Below are positions 1 through 8,749 of a DNA stretch of 64,000 nucleotides, piece by piece. Source of the stretch: Tagaea sp. CACIAM 22H2 (GTDB lineage: Bacteria; Pseudomonadota; Alphaproteobacteria; CACIAM-22H2). The stretch covers positions 83,793 through 147,792 of the forward strand of contig PVXE01000003.1 in NCBI GenBank assembly GCA_014444615.1, written 5' to 3'. The notes beneath the pieces were generated by a model. The model made no database searches. It saw only the letters and a program-made list of their open reading frames with translations, and had not been told where the DNA came from. A program made the position numbers and the translations under genes. How positions within the stretch are numbered: the stretch's first letter is position 1; the number at the start of each line of letters is the position of its first letter.

Positions 1-48
1 TCAAGCCGGGCGCCAAAGTCGATATCCGCGTTTTGGCGGGGGAGTGAC

Positions 49-837
49 ATGCTGATCGTTCAATTCACCGACACCCATGTGCTGGAAGACGGCAAGCGCG
101 TCTATGACCGCTTCGACAGCCACGCGATGCTGGCGCGCGCCATCGACGCGATCGTGGCGCTCGACCCCAAACCCGATCTCGCCTTGCTGACCGGCGACAT
201 GGTCGATCGCGGCTCGGCCGAGGAATATGCCCGTCTCAAACCGTTGCTCGACCGGCTTAGCATTCCGCTCGCCATCATTCCCGGCAATCACGACGCGCGC
301 GACACGCTGCATGCGGCTTTCGGCAAGACCGCGATCATGGGTGAAGGCGAATTCCTGCATTGGGTCCGCGACGATTTGGGCCCCTTGCGCATCATCGGCC
401 TGGACACGCATGTGCCCGGCAAGGTGAACGGCGAACTTTGCGAAAAGCGGCTCGCCTGGCTGGAAGCCACGTTGGCGGCGGCACCCGACCGGCCCACGCT
501 GATCGCCACGCATCACCCGCCCTTCGACACCGCGATCGGCCATGTCGAAGCATGGCCCTTCGCGGGCGCGGCGGCGTTCGAAAAGATCGTGGCGAAGAAC
601 AAGCAGATCGTGCGCATCGTGTCGGGCCATCTGCATCGCCAGATGATCGCCCCGTTCGGCGGCACGATCGCCAGCGTGTGCCCGTCGACCGCGCATCAAT
701 TCGCGCTGGATTGGCGTAAGAAAGCGCCCGCGATGTGGACCGACGAGGCGCCCGGCTTCCAGCTGCATTTGTGGGACGGCGCGAAGCTCATCACCTCGAC
801 CCGCGCCGTGGGGCCGTTCGAAGCGGTCGCGCTTTAG
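49..837 (+). CDS. metallophosphoesterase, class III cAMP phosphodiesterase (CpdA)-like
   Basis: 262-aa ORF from ATG; ordered calcineurin-like motifs DTH, GDMVDRG, GNHD, HHPP, GHLH. Confidence 0.8.
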   Translation: MLIVQFTDTHVLEDGKRVYDRFDSHAMLARAIDAIVALDPKPDLALLTGDMVDRGSAEEYARLKPLLDRLSIPLAIIPGNHDARDTLHAAFGKTAIMGEGEFLHWVRDDLGPLRIIGLDTHVPGKVNGELCEKRLAWLEATLAAAPDRPTLIATHHPPFDTAIGHVEAWPFAGAAAFEKIVAKNKQIVRIVSGHLHRQMIAPFGGTIASVCPSTAHQFALDWRKKAPAMWTDEAPGFQLHLWDGAKLITSTRAVGPFEAVAL

Positions 838-860
838 CGCGCGAATGAACGCTGCGCTTT

Positions 861-906
861 AAAATAAAAAGAGCGCGGAAGCTTTCGCCGCCGCGCCCTT
901 TCTCAT
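861..906. terminator. bidirectional intrinsic terminator between convergent genes
   Basis: GAGCGCGG...CCGCGCCC stem with A-run upstream and T-run (TTTCTCATT) downstream. Confidence 0.5.
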
Positions 907-922
907 TCCGCTGTCGCGGATC

Positions 923-1606
923 TCACTCGCCGGGGGCCGGACCGACCGGACCGGTCAGTTCCACCGTCACGGCTTCGGGCCCCTTGCGGGCCGTCACGAC
1001 CTTCATGCGCACCGGCTGGCCGGGCGCCAAATTCTGAAGACCGGCGTTGCGCAGCACGGTGATGTGGACGAACACGTCCTTACCGCCGCCATTGGGCTGG
1101 ACGAAGCCATATCCCTTAAGGCCGGAGAACCACTTCACCACGCCGTCCATGTCTTCGGCGTTTTCGAGATTCACGGGCGGCTGGTAACCGCCGCCGAATC
1201 CGCCGCCGCCACCGCCACCGCCGCCACCATAGCCGCCGCGGTCGCCGCCATACCCGCCACCACCGCCGCCGTAGCCGCCGCGATCGCCGCCGTAACCGCC
1301 GCCGCCGCCATAGCCGCCGCGATCACCGCGATCGCCGAAGCCGCCCTGACGCGCGCGCGGCGCCGGCGCCCGCGACGTCGAATTATCGACTTCCAGCACG
1401 CGTAGCACCTGGCGGCCCTTGGGGCTCTGACCGATCTCCACCGTCACCGACGCGCCTTCGCCGACCGATTCGTAACCGGCCTGCTTCAACGCGGAGAGAT
1501 GGAGGAAAGCTTCCGGCGAACCGTCGCCGGGCGTCACGAACCCGAAACCCTTGGCGGTGTTGAACCACTTCACCGTGGCCCGCATCGTCCCGTCACCCGA
1601 AGGCAT
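923..1606 (-). CDS. cold-shock protein with two cold-shock domains joined by Gly/Tyr/Arg-rich low-complexity linker
   Basis: N-terminus MPSGDGTMRATVKWFNTAKGFGFV resembles E. coli CspA [21 protein letters not shown]; second CSD starts VVKWFSGLKGYGFV; linker is GDRGDRGGYGGGGGYGGDRGGYGG...; start may be 1585 or 1612. Confidence 0.8.
   Translation of the reverse strand: MPSGDGTMRATVKWFNTAKGFGFVTPGDGSPEAFLHLSALKQAGYESVGEGASVTVEIGQSPKGRQVLRVLEVDNSTSRAPAPRARQGGFGDRGDRGGYGGGGGYGGDRGGYGGGGGGYGGDRGGYGGGGGGGGGGFGGGYQPPVNLENAEDMDGVVKWFSGLKGYGFVQPNGGGKDVFVHITVLRNAGLQNLAPGQPVRMKVVTARKGPEAVTVELTGPVGPAPGE
1180..1345 (-). repeat. in-frame tandem GGC/GGY/CGC codon repeats encoding the (G)nY/DRGG linker of the csp gene
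   Basis: DNA shows reiterated ggcggctayggcggcggygg units; translation is a YGG/RGG repeat. Confidence 0.6.
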
Positions 1607-1941
1607 ATCCATCGTCCTCAGTGTTGCGTCGTCGGGCGTTGACCGGCACGACGTCTTCGTTTCCCTGTCCGCTCGCCGCGATTGCTGTCTCCGTCCGCCC
1701 TTCGCAATCCCGTGCGCGTTTGCGGCGGATCGGGTGTCTTTCTTTTCGAAGACGATCCTGTTCCGCCATCATCGAATTTAGCAGCGGGCGGGAAAACCGC
1801 CAAGCGGGGAAAACCGCCTTGGCTTGTACGAACGCGAAATTCGCGATGGTCCGCCGGCGCGCGACGGAGATTCACAGCGCGGTGGCGGATATCATATATC
1901 GCGTTGCCGCCGGGCCGGGCGGACACCAGGGAATGTGTCGG
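1607..1941 (-). promoter_or_regulatory. long upstream leader and promoter region of the csp gene (candidate cold-shock-type long 5'UTR)
   Basis: 335 bp non-coding between lysE-like stop and csp start on the same strand; contains direct repeat GGGAAAACCGCC x2. Confidence 0.3.
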
Positions 1942-2583
1942 CTAGGGGCGCTGGGCCAAGGCCAGACGGACGGCGAGGCCGACGAAAAACACGCTGGCCG
2001 CACGGTTGAGCAGGCGCTTGACCGTCACCGATGCCCCAACCCGACGGCGGGCCGCACTCGACAGCACCGCGACGCCCGCATTCACCGCCGTGCCCGAGAC
2101 GTTGAACAACAACCCCAAAACGGCCATCGCCAGCGCGGGCGAAGGATGATCGGCGGGAATGAATTGCGGCAGGAACGCGAGGAAGAACAGCGCGACCTTC
2201 GGGTTGAGCGTGTTCGTAATCGCCCCTTCGAGGAAGGCGCGCGTCAGCGACACCCGCGCGGCGGCCGGCGCGACGCCGCTCTCGCCCGTGCCCGCGCGCC
2301 ACAGGCCCCACGCCATATAAAGCAGATACGCCGCCCCGGCGTATTTCACGATCGCGAAAGCGGTTTCGGAATGGCGCAGCACCGCGCCGATTCCAAGCGC
2401 CGCAAGGCCCGTGTGAACGAGGCAGCCTGCACCCACACCCAGCGCCGCCGCGATGCCCGCCGCTTTGCCTTGGCCGACCGCGCGCGTGGCGACCAACGCC
2501 ATATCGGGACCGGGCGTCAGATTCAGCGCCAGCGTGGCGGCAAGGAACATCGCGAGCAACGCCGGGTCGGGCAGCAGATTCAT
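1942..2583 (-). CDS. LysE/RhtB-family amino acid exporter
   Basis: 213 aa, six predicted TM segments, N-terminus MNLLPDPALLAMFLAATLALNLTPGPDMALV typical of RhtB/LysE; ATGA overlap with upstream OCD gene. Confidence 0.8.
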   Translation of the reverse strand: MNLLPDPALLAMFLAATLALNLTPGPDMALVATRAVGQGKAAGIAAALGVGAGCLVHTGLAALGIGAVLRHSETAFAIVKYAGAAYLLYMAWGLWRAGTGESGVAPAAARVSLTRAFLEGAITNTLNPKVALFFLAFLPQFIPADHPSPALAMAVLGLLFNVSGTAVNAGVAVLSSAARRRVGASVTVKRLLNRAASVFFVGLAVRLALAQRP

Positions 2584-3560
2584 TGGCGGATCGATTCGTA
2601 AACGAGCTCGGCCGCCGCGAGATCTTCGAGCGCGGTGCCGACCGATTTGAACAGCGTAATCTGGTTATGGAACGAACGGCCCGCCGCGCGGCCTTGCGCG
2701 AGTTCGGTCAATTCGCCGGCGATCTGCTTTTCGTCGAGCGTGCCGTTCGCCAAAGGCTGGACGATGTCACCCGCTTCCTTGACGGCGCCGGCATAGGTAT
2801 CGACATAGACGCGCGCGCGCGCCACCGCTTCGTCGTCCGCTTCGCGCATCTGCGGTGTGAACCCGCCGACCAGATCGAGATGCTGGCCCTGGCGCAGCCA
2901 AGCGCCGCGCACCAGCGGTTCCTTCGCCAGCGTGGCGCAGCTGATCGTATCGGCCCAGGCGACGGCTTCGTCGAGCGACCGCACCGCGCGCGCCTTCAAG
3001 CGGCGACCGTCGAAATTCTTGGCGAGGCGTTCGGCCTTGGCAACGTCGCGGCCCCACACGACGAGTTCCGTTATCGGCCGCACGCTCGCATGCGCGACGA
3101 TCAGATGAGGCGCGAGCGCGCCCGTGCCCACCATCAGCAATTTCGACGCGTCGGGGCGCGAGAGATATTTGGCGGCGAGCGCCGACGCGGCGGCGGTGCG
3201 CTTCAATGTCAGCATCGAGCCGTCGATGACCGCGAGCGGCTGACCGTCGCGGGCGGAGATCAGCACATAGCTGCCCATGACCGACGGCAAGCCGCGTTCG
3301 CCGTTCGACGGAAAGACGGTGACGATCTTGATGCCGGCATAGCGCCCCGGCTGCCACGCCGGCATCAGCAGCAGCGTGGCGGTCGCGGCACCGGGCACGT
3401 CCATCGCGTGATGATGGCGCACGGGCACGACCGCGCCGCGCCGGAACGCATTGCGCAACGCTTCGACCAGCGGACCGACTTCCAGGATGTTCTCGACCTG
3501 GCTTGCCCCGACGATCAAGGGACCGCCCGTCCCGCCCCGCATGACGCCTCCCGAACGCAA
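2580..3560 (-). CDS. ornithine cyclodeaminase / mu-crystallin family enzyme
   Basis: 326 aa; Rossmann segment LLMVGTGALAPHLIVAH; overall OCD/mu-crystallin-like; start may be the second Met at 3542. Confidence 0.8.
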   Translation of the reverse strand: MRSGGVMRGGTGGPLIVGASQVENILEVGPLVEALRNAFRRGAVVPVRHHHAMDVPGAATATLLLMPAWQPGRYAGIKIVTVFPSNGERGLPSVMGSYVLISARDGQPLAVIDGSMLTLKRTAAASALAAKYLSRPDASKLLMVGTGALAPHLIVAHASVRPITELVVWGRDVAKAERLAKNFDGRRLKARAVRSLDEAVAWADTISCATLAKEPLVRGAWLRQGQHLDLVGGFTPQMREADDEAVARARVYVDTYAGAVKEAGDIVQPLANGTLDEKQIAGELTELAQGRAAGRSFHNQITLFKSVGTALEDLAAAELVYESIRQ

Positions 3561-3624
3561 ATCCGGCGCCGCCTAGCTGGCGACGCCGGAGCGACTATAG
3601 CAAGACCGCGCCGATGCGGAAGCG

Positions 3625-4413
3625 TCAGCCCTTGGCGCCGAACCACTTCTCGTCGAGCTTGTCGAGGAAGCCTTCGGCGCGCAGGGCGGCAAGATGCTTG
3701 TTGATTTCCGCCATAATCGGCGCGTCGCCCAGGCGCGCGTTGATGCCGACGTCGCGCTGGTCCCAAGCCGCGGAATACTTGAGCCCGAATTTTTCGCGGC
3801 GGCTGACATTGTAGCGGATCACCGGCAGCGTGTTGACGACCGCTTCGACGCGGCCGATCTCCAGATCGCGCAACGCCGGCGGTAATTCGTTGTAGGTGCG
3901 CAGTTCCTTGACCACGCTGGCGTAGCCGTCGCGCACGAAACGCTCGCCCGCCGAACCGACCTGCACGCCGACGACCTTGCCCGCGAGATCCTCGGGCTTG
4001 TCGATCGACAGATTCGGACGATAGGCGGCGGCGATGGCGGTCTTGTAATAGGGTTCGGAGAAGGCGATGCGCTCGGCGCGTTCCTTCGTCCAGGTCATCG
4101 CGGTCAGCAGAATGTCGACGCGGCCCGACGTCAGAGCCGGGATCAGCCCGGCGAACTCGATCACTTGCCATTCGACCGGCACGCCGATGCGCTTGGCGAG
4201 TTCGGTGCCGAGTTCGACGTCGAAGCCGGTCAGCTTGCCGTTCTCGACGAATTCGAACGGCGGGAACGCGCCGCCATTGCCGATCACCAGCTTGCCTGCC
4301 GCTTTGACCTTGGCGAGCGTGTCGGCGGGCACCTGCGCCATCGCAGGCAACGCCGCGGCGGCGGCGAGACCGGCGAGAACGGCGCGCCGGCTGGGCTCGA
4401 ATTTGCGGATCAT
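3625..4413 (-). CDS. polar amino acid ABC transporter substrate-binding protein (family 3)
   Basis: 262 aa with signal peptide (AAAALPAMAQ); GlnH/HisJ-like fold motifs. Confidence 0.85.
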   Translation of the reverse strand: MIRKFEPSRRAVLAGLAAAAALPAMAQVPADTLAKVKAAGKLVIGNGGAFPPFEFVENGKLTGFDVELGTELAKRIGVPVEWQVIEFAGLIPALTSGRVDILLTAMTWTKERAERIAFSEPYYKTAIAAAYRPNLSIDKPEDLAGKVVGVQVGSAGERFVRDGYASVVKELRTYNELPPALRDLEIGRVEAVVNTLPVIRYNVSRREKFGLKYSAAWDQRDVGINARLGDAPIMAEINKHLAALRAEGFLDKLDEKWFGAKG

Positions 4414-4441
4414 CGGATGCTCCTTTTCTTTCTGGCTGGAA

Positions 4442-5227
4442 CTAGGCGTCGCGCCCGCCGGACAGGATCCGGGCGAGGAAGACGGCGGCGCGCGGGCTTT
4501 TGGGGGCGGCGAAGAATTCGGCGGGCGGCGCGACTTCCACGACGCGCCCTTCGTCCATGAATACGATCCGGTCGGCGACCTCGCGTGCGAACGCCATTTC
4601 GTGGGTGACGACGACCATCGTCATGCCGGCGGCGGCGAGTTTGCGCATCACGCCGAGCACTTCGCCCACCAGCTCGGGATCGAGTGCGGACGTCACCTCG
4701 TCGAACAACATGGCGGCGGGCCGCATGGCCAGCGAGCGCGCGATCGCTACCCGCTGCTGCTGCCCGCCCGACAATTCGCCGGGATAGGAATCGGCCTTGC
4801 TCGCGAGGCCGACATCGGCGAGCAGCGCCCGGCCGCGCGCTTCGGCCTCGGCGCGCGCGATACCCAACACATGGATTGGCGCTTCGACGATGTTGCCCAG
4901 CGCCGTCATATGCGGAAACAGATTGAACTGCTGGAAGACGATGCCGATCTTCCGGCGCACTTTGTTCATGTGCGCTTCGGGCAAGCGCTGGCGCGCACCG
5001 CCACGCTCCGGCCCCAGGCCGACATGGTCACCGCAAACGACGATCTCGCCGTGCTCGAACGGCTCCAGCCCGTCGATGCAGGCAAGCAACGTGCTTTTGC
5101 CCGAGCCCGACGGCCCGATCACGCACACGACCTCGCCTTGCGCCACGTCGAGATCGACCCCGCGCAGGATGGCCGTCTCGCCGTAGCTTTTGTGCAGATT
5201 GCGCACACGGATCGTTGGCTCGCTCAT
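4442..5227 (-). CDS. amino acid ABC transporter ATP-binding protein
   Basis: Walker A GPSGSGKST, signature LSGGQQQRVAIAR, Walker B MLFDE; true start MSEPTIRV inside a longer track ORF; ATGA overlap with upstream gene. Confidence 0.85.
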   Translation of the reverse strand: MSEPTIRVRNLHKSYGETAILRGVDLDVAQGEVVCVIGPSGSGKSTLLACIDGLEPFEHGEIVVCGDHVGLGPERGGARQRLPEAHMNKVRRKIGIVFQQFNLFPHMTALGNIVEAPIHVLGIARAEAEARGRALLADVGLASKADSYPGELSGGQQQRVAIARSLAMRPAAMLFDEVTSALDPELVGEVLGVMRKLAAAGMTMVVVTHEMAFAREVADRIVFMDEGRVVEVAPPAEFFAAPKSPRAAVFLARILSGGRDA

Positions 5228-6483
5228 GCCGCCTCCGGACGGTCGCGGCGCGCGAGGACGCCATCGCGCATCAGGAAGCGGCCTTTCGCCATCGTATGCA
5301 CGACGTCGCCGCGCGCGGCGGCGAACGCGATCTGCGCGACAGGATCGTGGAGCGGCGTGAGCGACGCCGCAACCGCCGCGAAACAGGCGATATCGGCGCG
5401 CGCACCCGCCGCGATCCGCGGAGGCGCGACGCCGAAGGACGCCCCGCCGCCGATCCCGGCCGCCAAGGCTTCGCGCGGCGAAAGCCATTTGTCTTGCCCG
5501 CCCGCGACGCGCGACAGCAGGCAGGCATGCTTGATCGCTTCGTGCATCGATTGCGAATCGTTGGACGCCGCCCCGTCCGTGCCGATGGCGAGCGTCACAC
5601 CGGCATCAAGGGCCGCGCGGATCGGCGCGATCCCGCTGCCTAGCCGCAGATTGGCGACAGGGTTATGTACCAGCGTCGTCCCCGTCGCGGCCAAGCGCGC
5701 GGGATCGTCGGCATCGAGATGGACGCAATGCGCAAGCGAGGTCCGCGTTCCCAGCGCGCCGATCTTCTCCAAATGCGCGATCGCACTTATCCCGAACGCC
5801 GCGCGGCAAGCGGCGGCATCCTCGGCGGTTTCGCAGACATGCATATGCAACGGCGCCTTCGCCGCACGCGCACGCGCGACCAGGGCGTTCAGGAATTCCG
5901 GCGACGCGCGATCCGGGGCCGATGCCGCAACCGCGATCTTCACGCCGTCGTCGACGGCGAGCGCAGCGTCGAGCAACGCCAGGCTTTCGGCCGGATCGCC
6001 GGGCGACGCCCCCGACGAAGTCGGCTTGTCGCGCAGCATGATCGCGAGCGTCGCGTCGAGCCCGCTGCGTGCCCAAGCCCGCCGTGCCGCACGCAAGCCC
6101 CATTCGGTTTGCGGCGTCTGACGGAAATGGTCGAGCACCGCGACGCAGCCTTCGCGGATCATCTCGTCCGCGCAGGCATCGATCGCCGCTTCGATCCCGG
6201 CTTCGTCGATCGCATCGAGGCCGCGCCAGGCGTCGGCAAGCCAAACGTCCAGCCGCGCCATGGGCGCGCGGCCGCGCGCCAACGCCTCGGGCGAGTGCGT
6301 ATGCGCGTTGACGAAACCGGGGGCGAGCAGAAGCCCGCGCGCATCGACGATCTCGGCGCCGCCGGGCGCGGCGATGTCTTTCCCGATCGCGGCGATGTGC
6401 GTGCCGACGACCAAAATGTCGCTGCCGCGCACGAGGGCGAGATCGGCGTCGAGATAGGAAGCGGCGCGGAACAGAACGGCCAT
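5224..6483 (-). CDS. metal-dependent amidohydrolase (ATZ/TRZ / cytosine-guanine deaminase-like)
   Basis: HxH metal motif GFVNAHTHS, later HMHVCE and GTDG motifs; about 420 aa; alternative GTG start at 6492. Confidence 0.75.
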   Translation of the reverse strand: MAVLFRAASYLDADLALVRGSDILVVGTHIAAIGKDIAAPGGAEIVDARGLLLAPGFVNAHTHSPEALARGRAPMARLDVWLADAWRGLDAIDEAGIEAAIDACADEMIREGCVAVLDHFRQTPQTEWGLRAARRAWARSGLDATLAIMLRDKPTSSGASPGDPAESLALLDAALAVDDGVKIAVAASAPDRASPEFLNALVARARAAKAPLHMHVCETAEDAAACRAAFGISAIAHLEKIGALGTRTSLAHCVHLDADDPARLAATGTTLVHNPVANLRLGSGIAPIRAALDAGVTLAIGTDGAASNDSQSMHEAIKHACLLSRVAGGQDKWLSPREALAAGIGGGASFGVAPPRIAAGARADIACFAAVAASLTPLHDPVAQIAFAAARGDVVHTMAKGRFLMRDGVLARRDRPEAA

Positions 6484-6488
6484 TGTTT

Positions 6489-7217
6489 TCACCGAATCCG
6501 AAAGCGGCGTTCGAGATGGCCGTTCAGCGCCACCAGCGGCAGCGTCAGGCAGAGATACATGAGCGCCACGCCCGCGAAGGGACTGAACGTGTTCGCCTGC
6601 CAGGTCATGATGTCGGTGCCCGCGCGCAGCAGATCGGGGATGGCGATGACCGAGACGAGCGAGGTGTTCTTCAGCAGCGTGATCGCTTCGTTGGTGATCG
6701 GCGGCAGCACGCGGCGCAACGCCTGCGGCAGAACGATGCGGCGCATGGCGAGCGCCGTGGACATGCCGAGCGAGCGCGCCGCGCGCATCTGGCCGCGATC
6801 GATCGATTCGATTCCGCCGCGCACGATTTCGGTCACATAGGCGCCATTGGTCAGCGCCAGCGCCAGGATCGCGACGGTTTTCGCTTCAAGAAGAATGCCC
6901 GCCGACGGCAGGCCGTAATAGATGAACAGCAGCGTCACCAGCAACGGCACGCCGCGCATGACGGTGACGTAGAACAGGCTGACCGCGCGCAGCGTGGCGT
7001 TGCGCGCGACGCGCATCAAACCGCCGACCAATCCGATCGCCAAGCCGAAGAACGCCGCGCCCAAAGCGAGATAGGCGGTCGTCACGGCGCCTTTGGCCAG
7101 CGCCGGCAGCGATTCGACGAATAAACCCCACTCGAAATCCAAATCCGCGACCTCCGCGCGGGGCGCCGCAACCGGTTGACGCCCGCATGGACGGTATTTC
7201 AGCAACGCGCGTGCCAT
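6489..7217 (-). CDS. polar amino acid ABC transporter permease (single-permease GlnP type)
   Basis: C-terminal 240 aa of track ORF 6489..7604; EAA-like motif and about 5 TM segments; chosen start MARALLKY (ATG), GTG at VADLDFEW possible; stop overlaps downstream gene. Confidence 0.7.
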   Translation of the reverse strand: MARALLKYRPCGRQPVAAPRAEVADLDFEWGLFVESLPALAKGAVTTAYLALGAAFFGLAIGLVGGLMRVARNATLRAVSLFYVTVMRGVPLLVTLLFIYYGLPSAGILLEAKTVAILALALTNGAYVTEIVRGGIESIDRGQMRAARSLGMSTALAMRRIVLPQALRRVLPPITNEAITLLKNTSLVSVIAIPDLLRAGTDIMTWQANTFSPFAGVALMYLCLTLPLVALNGHLERRFRIR

Positions 7218-7321
7218 CGCCCGCGAATTGCCCGAATGCGGCGCGAATGGCACGTCGATTGCTGCGACGCATGCCCAAAGCGTGGGCATACATTCCGGTA
7301 ATCGACGGCCAAGGAACGCAC

Positions 7322-8749
7322 ATGACGACGACGGCAATCGAAGGACTTCCCGCCCTCGAAGCGCGGATCGCGCGCGATCTCGATATCGTCGCCTATCCCA
7401 AGCGCGATTGGGTGGCGCCGGTCCTGGCGCCCGACGGCAAAGCGGCGTTGGATTGCGCGATCGTGGGGGCGGGGCAATACGGCCTTGCCCTCGCCTTCGG
7501 TTTGAAGCGCGAAGGCGTTGCGCGCATCGCGTGTTTCGATCGCGCCGAGGAAGGCTTCGAAGGCCCGTGGATGAGTTTCGCGCGCATGTCGATGCTGCGC
7601 ACACCCAAGGATCTGACCGGGCCTGAATTCGGCATTCCGTCGCTGGGCGTGCGGTCCTGGTACGAAGCGAAATACGGCGCCAAGGCGTGGGACGCGATGT
7701 TCCGCATCCCGCGCCCGACTTGGATGGAGTATCTGCGCTGGTATCGCCACGTGACCGGTGCGGTCGTTCATAACCGTCACGACTGCATGCGGATCGAACC
7801 GCTGGGCGATACGTTGTTCAAGCTGACTTTCGCCACGCCCGACGGCGACAAGGTGTTCTATGCATCCACCGTCGTCATGGCGATGGGGGCCGAAGGTTCC
7901 GGCGGGCGCGCGATTCCCGATTTCATCCGGACCGCGCTGCCCGCCGAACTCTACGCCCACACCAACGATGCGATCGACTTCACGACGTTGAGGGGCAAGC
8001 GCATCGGTATTCTGGGGGCCGGCGCTTCGGCCTTCGACAACGCCACCGCCGCGCTGGAAGCGGGGGCGGCGAGCGCGGATCTGTGTTTCCGGCGCGCGCA
8101 ATTGCCGCGGCAGAATCCGCGCCGCTGGATGGAGTATCCGGGCTTCCTATCCCATTTCGCGGCGCTGCCCGACGCGCAGCGCTGGGCCTATATGCGAAGG
8201 CTTTACGCCATCGGCCAGCCGCCGCCCAAACCGACCTATGATCGCGCGATGGCACAGGCCGGTTTCAAGCTTTGCCCGTCCACGCCGTGGGACAAGGTCG
8301 AAAGCCCCGACGGCAAGACGATCGTGGTGACAAGCGGGACGCGCAAACTCGAATACGATTTCGCCATCGTCGCGACGGGGCTTTACGTCAATATCGCCAA
8401 GCGGCCCGAATACGCCGCGATCCGCGAACACGCGGCGCTGTGGAAGGATCGTTACGCCCCGCCGCCCGACATGGCCGAAGCGCGCCTCGGCAATTTCCTC
8501 TATCTCGGCCCCAATGGCGAGATGCTGGAGAAGACGCCGGGGTCGGCGCCCTATCTCAAGCGCATCTTCAACATCACTCGCGCGTCGGTAATGAGCCTCG
8601 GCCCCGTTTCGGCGTCCAATAGCGGCATGAAATACATTGCACCCCGCATCGTCGCGGGTGTCACGCGAACCTTGTTTCTGGATCAGGCGGATGCGGCGTA
8701 TCGTCAGTTCCTGAACGGCGATCACGACGAGATTCCGAATGGCGCATGA
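7322..8749 (+). CDS. FAD/NAD(P)-binding oxidoreductase, class-B flavoprotein monooxygenase-like
   Basis: two dinucleotide-binding motifs (IVGAGQYGLALAF near the N-terminus, GILGAGASAFD mid-protein); start taken at MTTTAIEGLP within the longer track ORF; divergent from the transporter operon. Confidence 0.6.
   Translation: MTTTAIEGLPALEARIARDLDIVAYPKRDWVAPVLAPDGKAALDCAIVGAGQYGLALAFGLKREGVARIACFDRAEEGFEGPWMSFARMSMLRTPKDLTGPEFGIPSLGVRSWYEAKYGAKAWDAMFRIPRPTWMEYLRWYRHVTGAVVHNRHDCMRIEPLGDTLFKLTFATPDGDKVFYASTVVMAMGAEGSGGRAIPDFIRTALPAELYAHTNDAIDFTTLRGKRIGILGAGASAFDNATAALEAGAASADLCFRRAQLPRQNPRRWMEYPGFLSHFAALPDAQRWAYMRRLYAIGQPPPKPTYDRAMAQAGFKLCPSTPWDKVESPDGKTIVVTSGTRKLEYDFAIVATGLYVNIAKRPEYAAIREHAALWKDRYAPPPDMAEARLGNFLYLGPNGEMLEKTPGSAPYLKRIFNITRASVMSLGPVSASNSGMKYIAPRIVAGVTRTLFLDQADAAYRQFLNGDHDEIPNGA

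Noticed and set aside
1-768. 255-aa minus-strand ORF and other ORFs antisense to the phosphoesterase gene
   Set aside because: Arg/Ala/Gly/Pro-rich translation typical of out-of-frame reading of high-GC DNA; the sense-strand gene carries clear metallophosphoesterase motifs.
1180-1345. Tandem GC-rich short repeats that could be mistaken for a CRISPR-like or VNTR locus
   Set aside because: The repeats are in frame inside the csp CDS and encode a Gly/Tyr/Arg linker; there are no spacer-repeat units of CRISPR size.
4067-6121. 684-aa plus-strand ORF (and similar 12929-14878, 16218-18914, 42785-45160, 45913-48567, 59949-62027, 40935-42509, 52695-54011, 54408-55766 and others)
   Set aside because: Long antisense ORFs opposite well-supported genes; composition dominated by R, A, G and P with no motifs; a GC-rich artefact of stop-codon depletion.
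7187-7321. 45-aa N-terminal extension of the flavoenzyme ORF (MDGISATRVP...)
   Set aside because: It overlaps the divergent permease start region and lacks similarity; the Met directly before the first Rossmann motif is the more plausible start.
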